From contig NC_045696.1 of the NCBI RefSeq assembly GCF_009834535.1, positions 9,674,001 to 9,738,000 of the forward strand: 64,000 nt of DNA. The letters are read 5' to 3'. Origin of the DNA: Camelus ferus. Taxonomy: Eukaryota. Positions 50,811 to 64,000 of this stretch are shown in pieces. Each line of letters opens with the position of its first letter. Within the stretch, counting starts at the first letter, position 1. Position numbers and translations under genes: made by a program. The notes under the pieces were generated by a model. That model had not been told where the DNA came from, ran no database searches, and saw only the letters and a program-made list of their open reading frames with translations.

Positions 50811-51263
50811 CTCTATGGGTTGAATGGTGTTGACCTTCAAAAAGATATGTTTGAGTCCTAACCCCAGCACCTCAGTGTGGCCTTATTTGGAAGTCTGATC
50901 TTGACAGAATTAATCAAATTAAGTAAGTTTGTCAAAGTGGGCCCTAATCCAGTATGACTGATGTCCTTATGAAAAGGGGACATTTGGGCGGACGCAGAGA
51001 GACAGAGAGAGAATGCCATGGAAGACGTAGGCGGAGATGAGAGTGATGAGTCCAGAAGCCAAGCAATGCCAAAGACGGAGAGCTGAGCCCCAGCAGCTGG
51101 GAGAGAGGCCCTGGACAGATTCTCCCTCACAGCCCTCAAGGGGAACCAGGCCTGCTCACGCCTTGATCCCGAACGTCCAGCCTCCAGAGCTGTGAGGAAA
51201 CACACTTGTATTGTGTAAGCCACCTCGTCTGTGATAGTACAGCATCTCTAAAAGCTAATATTC
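50811..51263 (+). mobile_element. MaLR solo LTR (MLT1C-like)
   Basis: ctatgggttgaatggtg...gggccctaatccagtatgactgatgtcctta...ccaagcaatgccaaaga...cagcctccagagctgtgag...ctaata. Confidence 0.9.
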
Positions 51264-54200
51264 TAACCTTTAACATAAAGGTGCTCACAGGTGCCCTTGC
51301 ATCATCCCTCACAAGCAGGAGTTGAGGTTTCTTGAGGGAGGAGGAGTTCCCCACCGCAGCAGGCGGAGGACCAGCCCCACTCTCGGACAGAGAGACTAGA
51401 AGCATATGGAGTGGGTTTATAGATTAGATCATTTTGTTGTAATGTGATCAGTTCTCACAAAACAAAATGGGTAGTTTAAGGTTTCTACTAAGAAACCCAG
51501 ATGGAAATAATGCAGAGGCTGCAAGCGTGGGGAGAGAAAAGGGAAAGTGGAGCTGACTTGTCTTCTCCTTGCAGGCTTCCCCTCAACACCCTGCACGGGG
51601 AGAGCGCCGGGGAGCTGATCGGATCCCGCAGGAGGATGGCCCAAAACGATACCCCTTTGGTTAACAAGGAAATCTTAAATCTCAATTTATAGTATGCCTT
51701 GAGGTATTAACTAGTGATAATATAAAACCGCCACAATTAATAATACTTTAAAAAATGTTTATTTCATCTTGTTCTTCTGTTTTAACTTCAACTTGATATA
51801 TATTTTATAATTCACATAATGTACAGTCTATAAATAAATATATGAGGAATATGTACCCCTCCCACACACAGCTTTTTACTAAATGGGTACATAATCAGAA
51901 AAGTGTGGGAACCCACTGAATAAGGGTAAAGGCTGCAGACAGATGTGGGACCCCAGAAAAGAAGCTGCTGGAGCCTTGATATCTGACTTTTAGCCAGAGA
52001 TAGACGCTGTTGAGATATGAGAGATGTTCTGGACCAGAAAATGCCCCAAGGATGACACATTCAGTTCCCCAGATCATGGAAGGGACATGGTTTCCGCGGC
52101 AGAGGGACCAGCTCTGGCTTCCAGAGGGGGCATTAGCAGAGATGCCCCATATGTCGGTCAGGTGACATATGGTGGCCCAGAGACGGACAGATGGTGGCCA
52201 CGTGCACAGGTGCATCACACAACCACACTGACCCGTGAGTTCCCTGGAAGAAGAAGGAGCCAGGTCTTCAGTTTGCAAGATCATAAAGATTTCCACCAGC
52301 AAGATGACTAGCCAGGATGACGTCCCCCTACCTGTGGCAGGGAAGGGAGAAAAAAGCCTCAGCTATTGGAAAGGAGCAAGTGAAAGCGACTTTTTAATGA
52401 ATTTCAAGGTTGATGAGGAGACAAACATCCTTGAGCAAGGACAGTCTCACAGACTCGGAAAATCTCAGCAGATCAACCTTGAAGTACGGGAGTTTAATCA
52501 CCAAGGGTTGAGTGCAAAGGGGTCGGTGGGGGATAATCTACTGGAATTCCATAATCCAGACCCCTCCTTTCTTTCTCCACCTCCCTAATCTGAAACCCCC
52601 TACCTTCTTCTGACCCAAAAGCAGAAGTAGGTAGGAAAGAGCCAGCAAAGCAAGAAGCTTGAAATGCTCCATAAGCAGGTTAAGATAAGGTTCTCAGGCA
52701 AAGAATGGAGAAATAAGGGATTTCAGGGAAGAAGAAGAAATTTGTGGAACTCGGGGTCTGGGGGAATATGTGAAAAGTGTGGGGATGCTGATGAGGTCGC
52801 CACAGGATGCTCAGAAGTTGTGAGCAGTAAGCCCCACCCACAGATACACACTCATTTACACGCACAGGGATGAATTAGCCCAGGGAGAAGCACGACACCC
52901 ACATCCTCGGACACGGCACATCTTAGGAAGGTGACACTGTGAGCCTGAAGTCAAGAGCACATGAAACCTGACCCATGGCACTTGGTATAGGTTTACTTGG
53001 CAGAGCGAGGGAGAACCCATCCTTTCCGATGGTGGTTTAAGGAAATTTTAGCCATAAGAATGGCGAGTCAAAGGGTATCACACTTGCCCATGACCCAAAC
53101 AATCAACTTGTAAGATAGACTGTCCTGGCCATTTTATCCCTGGCTGAGTTAAAAGACAGAATTTTTCAGGGCAGTTCTATAATTTTAGAAACTTCCAGTG
53201 GACAGTGGAACAGCCACAATATCCCTGGAGATCTACCAGTCCAGCATGCTCGTGGGGGTGGTGGGGGGCTCTCCTGTGCGCCTGCCTGATCCTGCTGTTG
53301 GATGTGGACACCCAGATGTGGACCTTCCCCCACAGGAGCAGGGAACCGTCAGCCAGGGTGCACTCAGGGCCAACTCAGGCTTATCATTGGAAGGGAGCCA
53401 CGGGTGCTGTTGGAAGAGATCCACTTGGATCACGAGAAGCCGGAGGCTGGTGAGCAGGAGAGGTCAGGCTTCTCTGAGGCCAAGGGAGATGAGCACGCAC
53501 CCAGGTAAAAGGCTGCCCTCATGCCCCAGCTGCTCCTAAAAGTAACAAGAGCTTAGATGTGCTCTGTCAGATCTGGGGGTGTCTTGAGTCAGATGACCTT
53601 CACCAGTCTCTCCTTTTGACAAGCCATGCTCAAGCCTGGGGGAGAGGCAGTGGTGTCTGCTGCTCCCTGGCCATTGCTGAAAGCTGAAGATGAGGCAGCT
53701 TCTCCTTGACCCCTAGGAAAGTATCCTTCCTGGAAGGGTCTCAGGAGCTTTAGATGCGCCTGGTTCCACCTGGCACCTTCATGGCAGGCCCCAGACAAAG
53801 CAGCTCCCAGAGCGGGACCAACAGGGCTTGTGTACCTGGCTCCTCCTCCAGACCCAGTCCCGCCTGCATTGACTTTGACAGAAATATTTATACTAAAAGG
53901 CTGAAGCTGAGGGAAGATTTTACCACCTCTTATCTCTCGTAGTTTAGAAAAACAACCAACATTTCATTGACAATTGACCCCACGGCGCCTGTGTTTGTGG
54001 CTCGTTTCTCTGGGGAGCATCCTCTTCCCAGAGCCCTGTTTCAGTTTACATAGCTCTGCTCACTTCCTCTCAGACTCCCAGGGGAAAACAAGATTCTCAT
54101 GAACTTGCCACATCCCTGGTAAGGTCCCCTGAGCACTCCGAGTGCCCAAAACTTGAGATGGGCATTGCTCCACATTCCATCTGTGTGATGGCAGCTCCCA

Positions 54201-54696
54201 ATTCTAGACCTCCGGCCAAAACATCATGAGTCTCTTGATGTGAAAGAGCTCTGGAGACCCTCCCACCCACCCCAGCCCCAGTACCCAACTTCCATCCGTT
54301 GCCCCCAGTCCACCAATGCACTCGCCAGAAGACTGCAAGGCAAAGGCTCTCTAGCCTCACACCCACCACTGCACCTCCCTTTCAGTCCAAGGCAAAATTC
54401 TGCAAGTTGGAAGCACTCACACTTTGCAAGGAACCAAGCATAAACCTAAAGCAGAAATCTCCGTGCCCATCCACCCTCTCCCCACCATACCCTCTGCCAT
54501 CTTCCTCAGACTCAGCCTGCCACTCCTCCTCCCTCCTGCTCTCCAAACTCCTGGCCTGTGATGACAAACTCCCTGCACCCACAGCCATTTCTTCGCATGT
54601 TCCCTCCAACCCTCGGCTTACCTGTGTAACTCTCAACAATGGCCAGACACACCAGACACCATCGAGAAGATTTGTAAAAGGGTGCTGCTGCCCGGA

Positions 54697-54873
54697 CAGG
54701 CTTGGCTACCTAATTTACAAGGCACAGTGAAAAGTGAATTTGTAGGGCCTTTTATTCAAAAGTTATGAAGAATTTCAAAATGGCAACAGCAGAGGATTAA
54801 GCCAAGTGTAGGGCCGTCCTGAGCACAGAACCCTGTGTGGCTGCAAGATTCATGACCCTGAAGACCAAGCACT
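54697..54873. mobile_element. MER45A-like hAT-Tip100 MITE
   Basis: ggctacctaatttac...ttcaaaagttatgaagaatttcaaaatggcaacagcagaggattaagccaagtg matches my recollection of MER45A. Confidence 0.8.
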
Positions 54874-55349
54874 TTCCCTAAACATTAGATTTAATTACCC
54901 TGGGGGCCCTGGAACCTGCATTTTCAAAGCTTCCCGGGAGTTGCTCGAGGGACTGAGCTGGTTGCTACTGGCTGACCCAGGGATACTGCTTCTGTTGAGC
55001 CCTCTCAGATAGAAACTGTTTATTCTTACACTCTTGACTTTGGGGCTAAGGGTTGGGCTCACATCTTTCTTGTTCCATATTGTCCTGCCAGAACATTTCT
55101 CTTTCCTGGTTTTGCAAATTACCTGCTCAGTTGAGGCTAAGGACATTCAGCTCTTTTCCTTGCCCCAGTCTAGGTTGTTTCTGGACTTTCTTTATCCAAC
55201 CAAGACTTAGCACACCTCTTCACCTCCGTTCAAGTTGCTACTTCAGAATCCTCATGGGAGGCTCAGCCAAGATCCTGACCCCTCGGCCCTGTTCTTCTGT
55301 CTCCAGGGACCATCTTCCTTCCTCCTCCTCAGCACCCCACTCCCATGTG

Positions 55350-56750
55350 CACCTGAACCTGGCAGGCACTCAGGGTCCTCCATCTCTAAATCTCAAACTC
55401 AAGTGCCCCCACTCTCTGACCGTAGCCTCCTATATTAATTTCTCTCTCAATTCCATAATCCAGCTACATACATCTGTTACTCAACTCCATTAAAAGCTTT
55501 GGTCCAATGACCCCCCAGATATCTCTTTTCCGCTACTTTCACTCTCTTCACCTTCCATTTTATCCTGCTTAGATTCAATACTCTAGTCCTCCAATTACTC
55601 TCTTCCAAATACTATACATTCCTTTCCTCTTCTATCCTTACATCCCACTCATCTAGCAAATTCCAGCCCTGGATGAATAGCAACATCCATCTTCTCCATG
55701 TCTGCTCCCAGCCAGCAGAGCACTGATGGAGGCAAATCCCACCCCTGCATGAACCCACCTCAGCTGTGCCCTCAGGACTGCATGACCATCAAAGCTTCTA
55801 TGTGCTCCTCTGGTCAGCTTAGGCTCCAATTTCACACAATTTGTACTCCAAATCTTCTCCAATCTCACCATGTCTGCAACCACCTCTCCTCCCTTCACTC
55901 TGTGCAAGAACCTTGCCTTCTATCTCACTGAGAAAAGAGAGCCAATTGCTTGCCACCAAATCTATAAACATATATTCCTGAGTTTGTCCCTAACTCTCCA
56001 TCCTCTTGCTAAGTGTCAGTTTCTTCACCGATGCTCTCTGCCTCTCTTGCTGCTCATCTTCTCGGGGTCTTATGCCCTCAATTTTCCTGTCTCTGGACTA
56101 TTTCTTCCATCTCTTCTCTGCTGTAGATCCTTCCCATTAGTACTTAAATGCCCTAGATTCTGCACCTCTTTAAAAAGAAAGAAAAGAGAAAGGGGGAAAA
56201 GGAAAGGAAAAGGAGAGGAGAGGAGAGGAAAGAAGATAAAAAAGAAAGGAAAGGAAAGGGAGAAATGAAATGAAAAGAGAAGAGAAAACAAAAGAAAAGA
56301 AAAAAAAAAGAGGCATCTCCCATCATGGCCACACTTATTGGAAATGTCTGTCTCTCACCTCCCATTTACTCCTCATCTCCTTCCCTGGCTTTCATCCCAT
56401 CATTTCAATGAAACCATTTCTGATAAAGTCACCAATTACTTCCATTTTAAACAGAATGACCACATTTAGGGCCTCTTCTTTCTTGACCCCAAGCATCACC
56501 AGAAGTGGTTGATGACTCCCTCCTTCCTGAAATATAGACTCCCATTGGCTCCTTCACACCGTTTTCCTTTCCTGTTTTTCTGGCTTCCCTTCCTCGGTCT
56601 CCTTGGGGGTCCTTCTTCCTCTGCATAACTATTATATGTTCGAGTTCTTTAAGGCTCCATTCTAGGTTCTCTTTTTTCCTCCCTCTACTCTCTTTTCCTG
56701 GATAATCTCATCTATTTCCACCTCTGTAAATGTCATGTAAGTGCTGATTC
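55350..56750 (+). mobile_element. LINE-2 internal remnant
   Basis: Long pyrimidine-rich stretch with ccagccctggatgaa, ccttgccttctatctcactgagaaaa, gttgatgactccctccttcctgaaa. Confidence 0.7.
56172..56313 (+). repeat. Purine-rich (GAAA/GGAGA)n low-complexity tract
   Basis: About 140 nt of almost only A/G. Confidence 0.93.
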
Positions 56751-56789
56751 ATTTTATCTGCAAAGATATAAAACATCAATGGCCATTTC

Positions 56790-57182
56790 TCTTGCATTAT
56801 GTAAGCATCCTGGATTGATACAGCAGTGCCATGGTTATGGAGGCCCAGGCTCTTTCTGTCTTGTTGCTCTGCCACTCCCAATATATTGCATTCATCTGCA
56901 TAGTCCTAGATAACTCCATGCCTATATTCTAGCCTTCAGGAGGCAGGAAGGGAGCAGGGAGCAGATAGATCCCTTCCTTCTAAAGATATTACTCAGAAGT
57001 TGCACGTGTCACTTTTGCAAACATCTCATTGGCCAGAACTTCAACAAATAGCCATGCTTGGATCCAAGGAGGACTGAGAACTATAGGCTTTATTCTGGGT
57101 GGCCACATGCCCTTCTAAACTTCTCTCGGTGTGGAAGAAGGCAAAAACCAATACTGAGAGAAAACTAGCAGAATCGGCCACA
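56790..57182 (-). mobile_element. Old MaLR LTR (MLT1J/K-like)
   Basis: cccaggctctttctgtcttgttgctctgcca...acatctcattggccagaact...ctgggtggccacatgccc. Confidence 0.75.
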
Positions 57183-59098
57183 GGGATCAACTAGATTTGC
57201 CAACTTTTTATTTTATCAAATAAGAACATTTTTTAAAAACTACCACTCATTGCCATCGTTTCATAAAAGAGGACACATTTAATGCCAAAACTGGAGAAGA
57301 TATAATCTCAGAATAGAGAACAGTCTTAAATTAAATGACTTTAGATTTATGGAAGAAAGCACTGTATCAGCCTCATTTTTCTCATTCCCCCTTGAAAGTC
57401 ATCCATTTTTCTCCTGACTGGAATTGGGAGCCGTGACTGAGGTGTGGCTGGTAGAGCATTGTCAGAATCCTCTTCATCTCCCTAGTTCACCCTTATTTAT
57501 CAAGACGGCTGTGATTGGCCCCAGTGTGATTTGACTCCCAGCTCCCACCTAGTACTGATATGGAAATCCAAGCTTCCAACTACCCCATCAAGTTCCTTCC
57601 CATCGCCAAATGCCCAAGGGGACCCAGGTCCTATGTAGTTGGGTTCACGGCTGTGGCTGAAGAACCTAATCCCATTGCAAGACCCTCCATTATATCAGGG
57701 GTCCCCAGGAAGTTCAGCCACTCCTGAAGGGTGCTCCAGGCCAGGGAGTCTCCCCAGCAGAGGCAATGATGTCTGTTTCCTTGTGGCCAATTTTGAAAGG
57801 TCACACCTGTCCTAACAGCATGCCCTCTTTCTGCCTCACACCCCTTCCACGTAAAACCAGTCCCCAGGAGACTGGTCCAAGGACTCTTGAGGGACACTGG
57901 GCAGTGTCATCTATCAATGGCCATGTCTATCACAAAAAGACTCAATGTTTTGTCTTGATTTCCCTTAAAGTGAGTCTCTCCGGAGACCTCTGCTCCTCTC
58001 TTTGGTCAGGAGTTGTCTCCACCCCAGGTCCTCCAAGATTTTTCTAGGAGGCCTGCAAGCCTGTCCCCATATCTCAGAGTCCCCTAGACAGTCATACAGA
58101 TTAGGTCATGGAACAGAAGGAAAGCTGCAGGGCTGAGAAGTGGCTCCCACTCAGGGAAGTGGTAGAAAGACCCCTGCACCCCTTTTCTGCTCCTGCAATT
58201 GCAGGGAATACTCTGAGGGGTTCAGGGCACGCTCTCGGCTGTCTTGTTGGAAATGAAGCCTTGGAAGAGTTGGTTTTCTGACATTTTTTGTGTGTTCTGC
58301 CTTTTGAAAATGAAATACTTCACTCACACACAGAGACCTTCACGGCATATTCCCGAATCTAAAAAACTTACATGATTTTTATCAAGAAATTCCCCCTGCT
58401 GCCTTTTTTTTTTTTCATTGGGACATTGATGAGTCTGAATCCCAGAATTTCAGGCAGGAGGAGGCTTAGAGAGTGTAAGATCCTGTGGCTTTGTTTTATG
58501 GTTGAGGAAACTGAGGCTCAGAGAGACAGAATGACTGCTGGGTCCGGGTCACACCACTGCACCCTCGGTAGGGTACACCGTGGGAGGGTGGAGGGCTGCT
58601 CTGAGAAACAGGGGCCAGGCCTGAAGGATTTGACGCTTCACCCCAGTGCGTTCAAGGTCACCTGCCCGCGGCCCCTGCAGTTCGGAGCCCCTGCTTGCCC
58701 TCTGTGCCGAATGGCTCTGACACCCAGAGAGGAACTGCACAGGAAGCTCTCACAGGAGGGCTCTTCGAGCTTCTCCAAGAGGAATTTTCTCCTGTTTACA
58801 GCAGGATGCACCCCAGGGGCAACGCCAACAGGGTTTGCTTGTTTGTTTACTTTAACCAAGAAGGGAAATTAGTGGCAGAAGAATATTTTGATAATGAATG
58901 GAAAGTTAGTCATGACATTTTTGAGGGGAGAAAATATAAATAAACTTTTTTTAATGAGAGCTGTCTCAACAGACGGTAGAAGGGATGCGTGAGTCTCAGC
59001 CAATTGGAAGAGATGTTTGGGGTGCTTGGGGTGCCGACTGTGGGCTTCTGCTTCCCCTGTGCATGTAGTATAAGCCTCTGAGGGCAGGGAGGGTGAGG

Positions 59099-59138
59099 CG
59101 TGTGTGTGTATGTGTGTGTGTGTGCGCGCTGTGTGTGA
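59099..59138. repeat. (TG)n/(CG)n alternating purine-pyrimidine tract
   Basis: cgtgtgtgtgtatgtgtgtgtgtgtgcgcgctgtgtgtg. Confidence 0.9.
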
Positions 59139-61579
59139 TCTCCTAAGGCAATCATTGTTAATGGAAAGGTTTTTAAATATTTGCAAACGGATCTCAGAAC
59201 TCTGCAGAACACAAAGGTATCTGTTTCAAAACAACCTGGGAGTATTTGGTGTCTGCTTGGGGCTGGTAAATTTCCACTGTAGGCAACGCTGGCCAGCTTT
59301 TCATTCCAGCCCGACTCACTTCAAGTGGCATGATTTGATTAAGCATTTCTTCACTTTTAATTGCGTGCCAAGGCCCCAGGGCATCATCTGTTGGGTGGCC
59401 CCGAGTGGGCTGAGTGGGGGCGGAAAGACATGTCCGTCCAGAAAGGCTTGTGCCCTTATTCTCCAGTGTAATTCCACTCGGTACCTGGCAAGACTTCCTG
59501 TTATTATGAACGGGCCTGTTTTGGCTGACGGTGGTTCTCTACAGTTCAAGGTGAGGCACATCCAGGGGAGAGCCTGTATCCAAGGAGCTCTTGGCTGCAC
59601 CAAAAGGTGGGAGGGCATCGCACTGCATTTGGCTGAACTCCACCCACCACCTGGGAAATTACATCCCTGTGCTGCCCACTTGCAAACTCGAATACCACAG
59701 TATTTTAGAAAAAGGGTTGTTTAATAATATCAAAAAAATCTTAACCTCTAAGCACAGTCTACGCCTCTGTAAAATGAGGTAATGATACCACTTCATGGGG
59801 TTGAGGTGGGTGTTAGAAACATTGCAGATCAAGTCCTGGAACACGGTGAAATTGCAAATCATATTTATAGGTGGCACCCTTGATTGTCACAGAATCTATT
59901 ACCCCCATCATCCTTCTTTAAAAAACTCCTGCTTTGTCCATACATCCACCCCACTCCCAAGTACCCCCGGCAGGACCTCAGGGAGACCCTCCATTTCCGA
60001 TGGCCAGTGATTTCATCAGGATGAGCCCGAGACACAAGGATGGCCAAAAGACATGGACCTGTAGGCGGAGGTAGGGTGAGGCAAGAGTTGGAATGTCCTC
60101 TCTCCTAAGAGAAAGCCACCGAAGAGAGTCTCCCTCATTCCCCAGGGTGTTATTTCTCAAGTTGATGCCACCGTCTTGAAACCAAGATGAGGCTGACTTC
60201 AAGGATGGCAAGGCATAGAGAAGGAAAGAGACTGGGTCCTGGAGGGCAATATCATTAGGCCAGATGTCTAACCAACCTCAAATCCCATTGCCCCTCGTTT
60301 GTCAACACCCCCACCGCCCGGAGTGGTACCCCAGGCTACTTACAGTCCCCAGACAGGGGAGACATTGCAAACCAAAGACACTCAACATGATTGGTCTTCT
60401 CTAAATCTTCTCTGGCTGGAAATCTCCTTTGCCACCCGCCTTGTGAGCCATTCCCCCAGGAGCGAGCCATCTGCCTGCTGATGAGCAGTGATTGGTTCAT
60501 CTTCACAAACCGGAGGCCAAAGGGATGACATGCACAGGATGGGAGGTTTTTCTGAACTTTCCCGGAAGAGTGGAAGCCATGAGGAATGGAAGTGACAAGG
60601 GCAGCAGAGGTGGGGAGGGCTGGCTCAAGAGAGGAGAATGTAAAGGTCATTTCATCTCAGAGATGATTTGCACAATAACAACAATGCTTTGAGTCTTCAG
60701 ATGCTACTCCTGGGGGTCCTAAGAAGCTGTGGGGGTTTGTGGGGCTTTGGCATTATAAGTACTCTACCCACTGGGAGGCTCTGGCCGCAAATAACAGAAA
60801 CCCAAACTGGAACCAGCAACCTCAATACAGGAATGTACTATCTTCTATAATAAAAACTCCCTGGAGGGGAGCTTTGGGGCCATTTGAATTAGCAGTTCAA
60901 GGATGTCAACAAGGACCCAGATCTTTTCCTCTCTCTGCTTCCCATGTAGGCTTCATTCTCTGGTATCAACACGGCTGTAGGAATTCTAAGCATTTTCATA
61001 ATGACCTCCACCGAGAAAACAGCTGGCTTTGCATTCCATGCCACTCAAGGACTGCTGACTAACGATGGAAGGGCTTTGAAGGAGGATAAAATCCAAGGTC
61101 CCAGTACCCAAAGCGACATTTAGGCCCAGGGAGACATTTTAGAGGCCATGAAAAGACAGCCTGCAGCCAGCCACCAAGGACAAAGAAGGAGGCTTGGTCA
61201 CACGGTGGCCTGCTCGGAATTTGGAAACAATCGTTCCATATTTTGGAGTGTTCACTGTAACCTCTATTCCAGATTACTAGAAAAGTGGCCAGATTTGAGG
61301 GGCTCTGATAGCAAGACGCTTTAGAAGCAATGCAGGCAGCCGTAGAGCAAACCTTGCCCGGAGCCCCGGTCTCCCTCAGACTCTGTGGGATGACAGCGGT
61401 CCTTGCCTCTGCTGATGGAGCCTTTGGCAAGGAGGCACATCTGCCTTCAGCACTCCGCCAGTGTTTCTCAGCCTCTCTGTCTCAAGACCCTCTGCTGAAA
61501 GACACCCACTGGTCAAGGAAAAGACAGGCGTGACTGTAAGTCAAACTGCTTTTTCAAAAAAATTATCCAGAAGTTTCCA

Positions 61580-62230
61580 GAAAAATTGAGAAGAATATTT
61601 GCAACGGCTATGACAAAGGTTTGATACCCTTATTTTATCATGAACAGTTTTATCAATTTTTTTAAACAAACGCGCACAACTTATAGCATATAAAGACATA
61701 CAAAGCCACTATGCACTGATAATAAAAAAGTAGTTATAAAGCAAGACACATTTGTTTCTCTTTTTTTTTTTTTTTTTCTGTTTTGTTTGGTTTTTTCCTT
61801 GATAAAATGGTAAAGAAATAGCACACAGTGGCAAGGGAAGTGCCTTTGGGACTATTATGCACTGCTAATGGCAATAAAACTCAGGCAACCTTTCCAGAGG
61901 TCAGTCCAGCAAAATAGAGCAAAAAGATTTAAAAATGTATGTACATGAACTTTGAACCAGCAATTCCACATCCAAAAATATATTCTGAGGATATAGGTGT
62001 GTGAGACACTACTGTCTACTCGAGAATATTCAACATAGCATAGCTTTTGACATTCAAATGTTGGAAATTACCAAAATGTCTAATGAAATTTGAATTAGCC
62101 AAATGGATAACGGTACATTCATTCCAGAATCCACAGAACCAAAAAATAATACGAAAGAAGAATTCATTAGAGGGGCAATGTCAAGTTAAAAGAGAAAGTT
62201 ACGAATCATTAAGGTTATTATAAATTTTCA
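61580..62230 (+). mobile_element. Degenerate L1ME-like fragment
   Basis: gagaagaatatttgcaa, tttgaaccagcaattccac...tattctgagga. Confidence 0.6.
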
Positions 62231-62961
62231 TAAATATTTGCATGGTATAACTTCATGTCATCTTTACTTTCAAGCATTCTGCACACAGTCTGCACACAAG
62301 AGAGACAGTCAAAGTATTTAACAACTGGTTTTCATGAATGATGTGCCATCACCCCAAATACAGGCTCTGGGATTATTTTTATTAACTACTTTGTGTATCA
62401 ACTATCCCCACACAAAGTAGTTTTATCAAATTATTTAAGTACTTAATTAATTACTTTGCATTATTTAATTATAACTAAATCATTCAACTGTTCAAATAAA
62501 TAGTATTATTTAATTACCCACGTATTAGTAACTTCACTAACTTCTTTGTGTGCTTTCATATTTTCAACTTTTTTATACTGAAAATAATTTACTTATCAAA
62601 AAGCAATAATACAGTTAAATTAAAAAGTTCGATGTTTGGGTATTTTTCATCCACTGTCCTTTATGCAGCCCTCCCAGCCTCTGATCCGTGTCTGTTCTCC
62701 ATTTGGAATCCCAAAAGCTACTCAAGCAACTTTGTTTCTCAAAAGCCATCAGAATCTGAACTTAACATCAGTAACTAGATGTTTGCCCTTGACAGAGTGT
62801 CAGACGGTAACATCCCTGCACACCTGGGGGTGCCAAGCAGAGGGGACAAATTTGGAAGCCTCTTAATGTCCTGCTTATTGGGCAATGCTCCCAGCGTTGA
62901 TAACAGAATAAATCGCGGTCACAGTTCTGAAGAGCAATCCAACCCCGTCCATCAAAAGGTG

Positions 62962-63114
62962 TTTTGTTTGTTCGTTTGTTTTTCTTGAAGTAGTCAATTT
63001 ACAATGTTGTGCTAATTTCTGGTATAGAGCATTACAGTATAGGGATTTATTTATACCATAATATATATACATATTCCTTTTCATATTCTTTTTCACTGTA
63101 GGCCATACAAGGTA
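62962..63114 (-). mobile_element. Short lineage-specific L1 3' end
   Basis: ttgaagtagtcaatttacaatgttgtgctaatttctggt...catattccttttcatattcttttt is the reverse complement of the same 3'UTR as 5400-5520. Degenerate (TTTG)n tail. Confidence 0.88.
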
Positions 63115-63967
63115 TGTGTTACACACTACATCAAAGCTTTAAGTGCACAAACCATGGACTCAGCATTTACCCTGCAGATTGGCTCATACCCTTACAGAAT
63201 GGTGTCTGCATAATATACTCCCTAGAGTGTTTTTGGAAATAGCAAAAGCATGGGAAATAAATCCAATGTCTATTAATAGAGGCTCATTAATATATGGGAA
63301 ATCCACTACAGTTGCCAAAAACGTAAAGTAAAACTACATGTATCCAAAATGTATCAATAAATAAAAAATTTAAATCTGCAGAACAGGTATACTTGATCCC
63401 ATTTGTGTCAAAAGGGGAAAAAAAAAGAAAAAAAAACCTGTATCTGCAAATATAACATCTCTGGAAAGGTCCATAAGAAGTGGGACTTAAGGGACTCCGG
63501 GGAGGGAGGGGTGACTGGTTGGGGCTCTTTTTCTTTCCACTTCACAGCCTTTTGCAGTATTTTAACTTTTTGTCATGAGTAACCATAGTTTTTAAAGATC
63601 TGCCTCCTGACATCTGAGGACAGGACAGGCGTAGACAAAACAGCAGACACAGGCCGCTGAGCCAGGCAAGGGCTCTCAAGTCTGGGTCAGTAATTTACAT
63701 GTCAGGGTCTTGCCCACAGAGTGATTTCCATTTTAGAAGTCAAGGTCATCTCAGGGCAGTGCTTCTCAAACTTTTCCACAGAAGTACCCCCGATGACAAA
63801 ACAGAACAAACACGTAACCTCAGGGGATGAAGGAAACTGGCCCAAACCTCTGCCTCAAGCAAAATTTCTTTCATATTCAAACTACCTTAAAATTTCAAGC
63901 AAATTTTGACTTGATTTTACTCCACAATAGAGTCATCTTTGGCTTATTGTAAAAATTAATTTTCTCT

Positions 63968-64000
63968 GTATGACTGAAACATGATGCTAGACCCCAGAAA
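63968..64000 (+). mobile_element. Start of another L1 3'UTR fragment (runs off the window)
   Basis: tgtatgactgaaacatgatgctagaccccagaaa resembles 5449-5481 tgtgactgaaacattatgctgcacaccagaaa. Confidence 0.6.

Noticed and set aside
52235..52588. 117-aa ORF with protein-like composition
   Set aside because: Non-ATG start (GTG), no recognisable family and no convincing splice context. BLASTX or PhyloCSF would be needed to rescue it.
59104..59724. 206-aa ORF
   Set aside because: It starts inside a TG microsatellite and shows no recognisable homology or exon context.
1..64000. A novel prokaryote-style system (operon, CRISPR array, defence island, retron)
   Set aside because: The DNA is mammalian non-coding sequence. 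There are no long or densely packed ORFs and no regularly spaced repeat-spacer array.

Overview
Non-coding, repeat-rich mammalian genomic DNA, either intergenic or deep intronic. The sequence has moderate GC, is CpG-depleted, and carries ancient eutherian repeats (L2, MIR, MLT1 MaLR LTRs, MER5/MER20/MER63/MER45 hAT elements, old L1M fragments). Several younger 5'-truncated L1 3' ends resemble the camelid-type L1 as I recall it, and I saw no Alu, B1, BovA/BovB, PRE-1 or CHR SINEs. A camelid origin (camel or alpaca/llama) is therefore a reasonable inference, but it is not proven. I found no supportable protein-coding gene, tRNA, rRNA, CRISPR array or operon-like system. The only ORFs with recognisable protein similarity are broken L1 ORF2 pieces. 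The best-supported structural observations are three solo ERV1-like LTRs nested inside older repeats, and L1/MLT1 insertions with visible target-site duplications (TSDs). Weaker candidates are several repeat-poor blocks with strong transcription-factor motifs and one small hairpin next to a YY1 motif. Subfamily names come from memory of consensus sequences and need RepeatMasker/Dfam confirmation. I see no convincing novel biological system.
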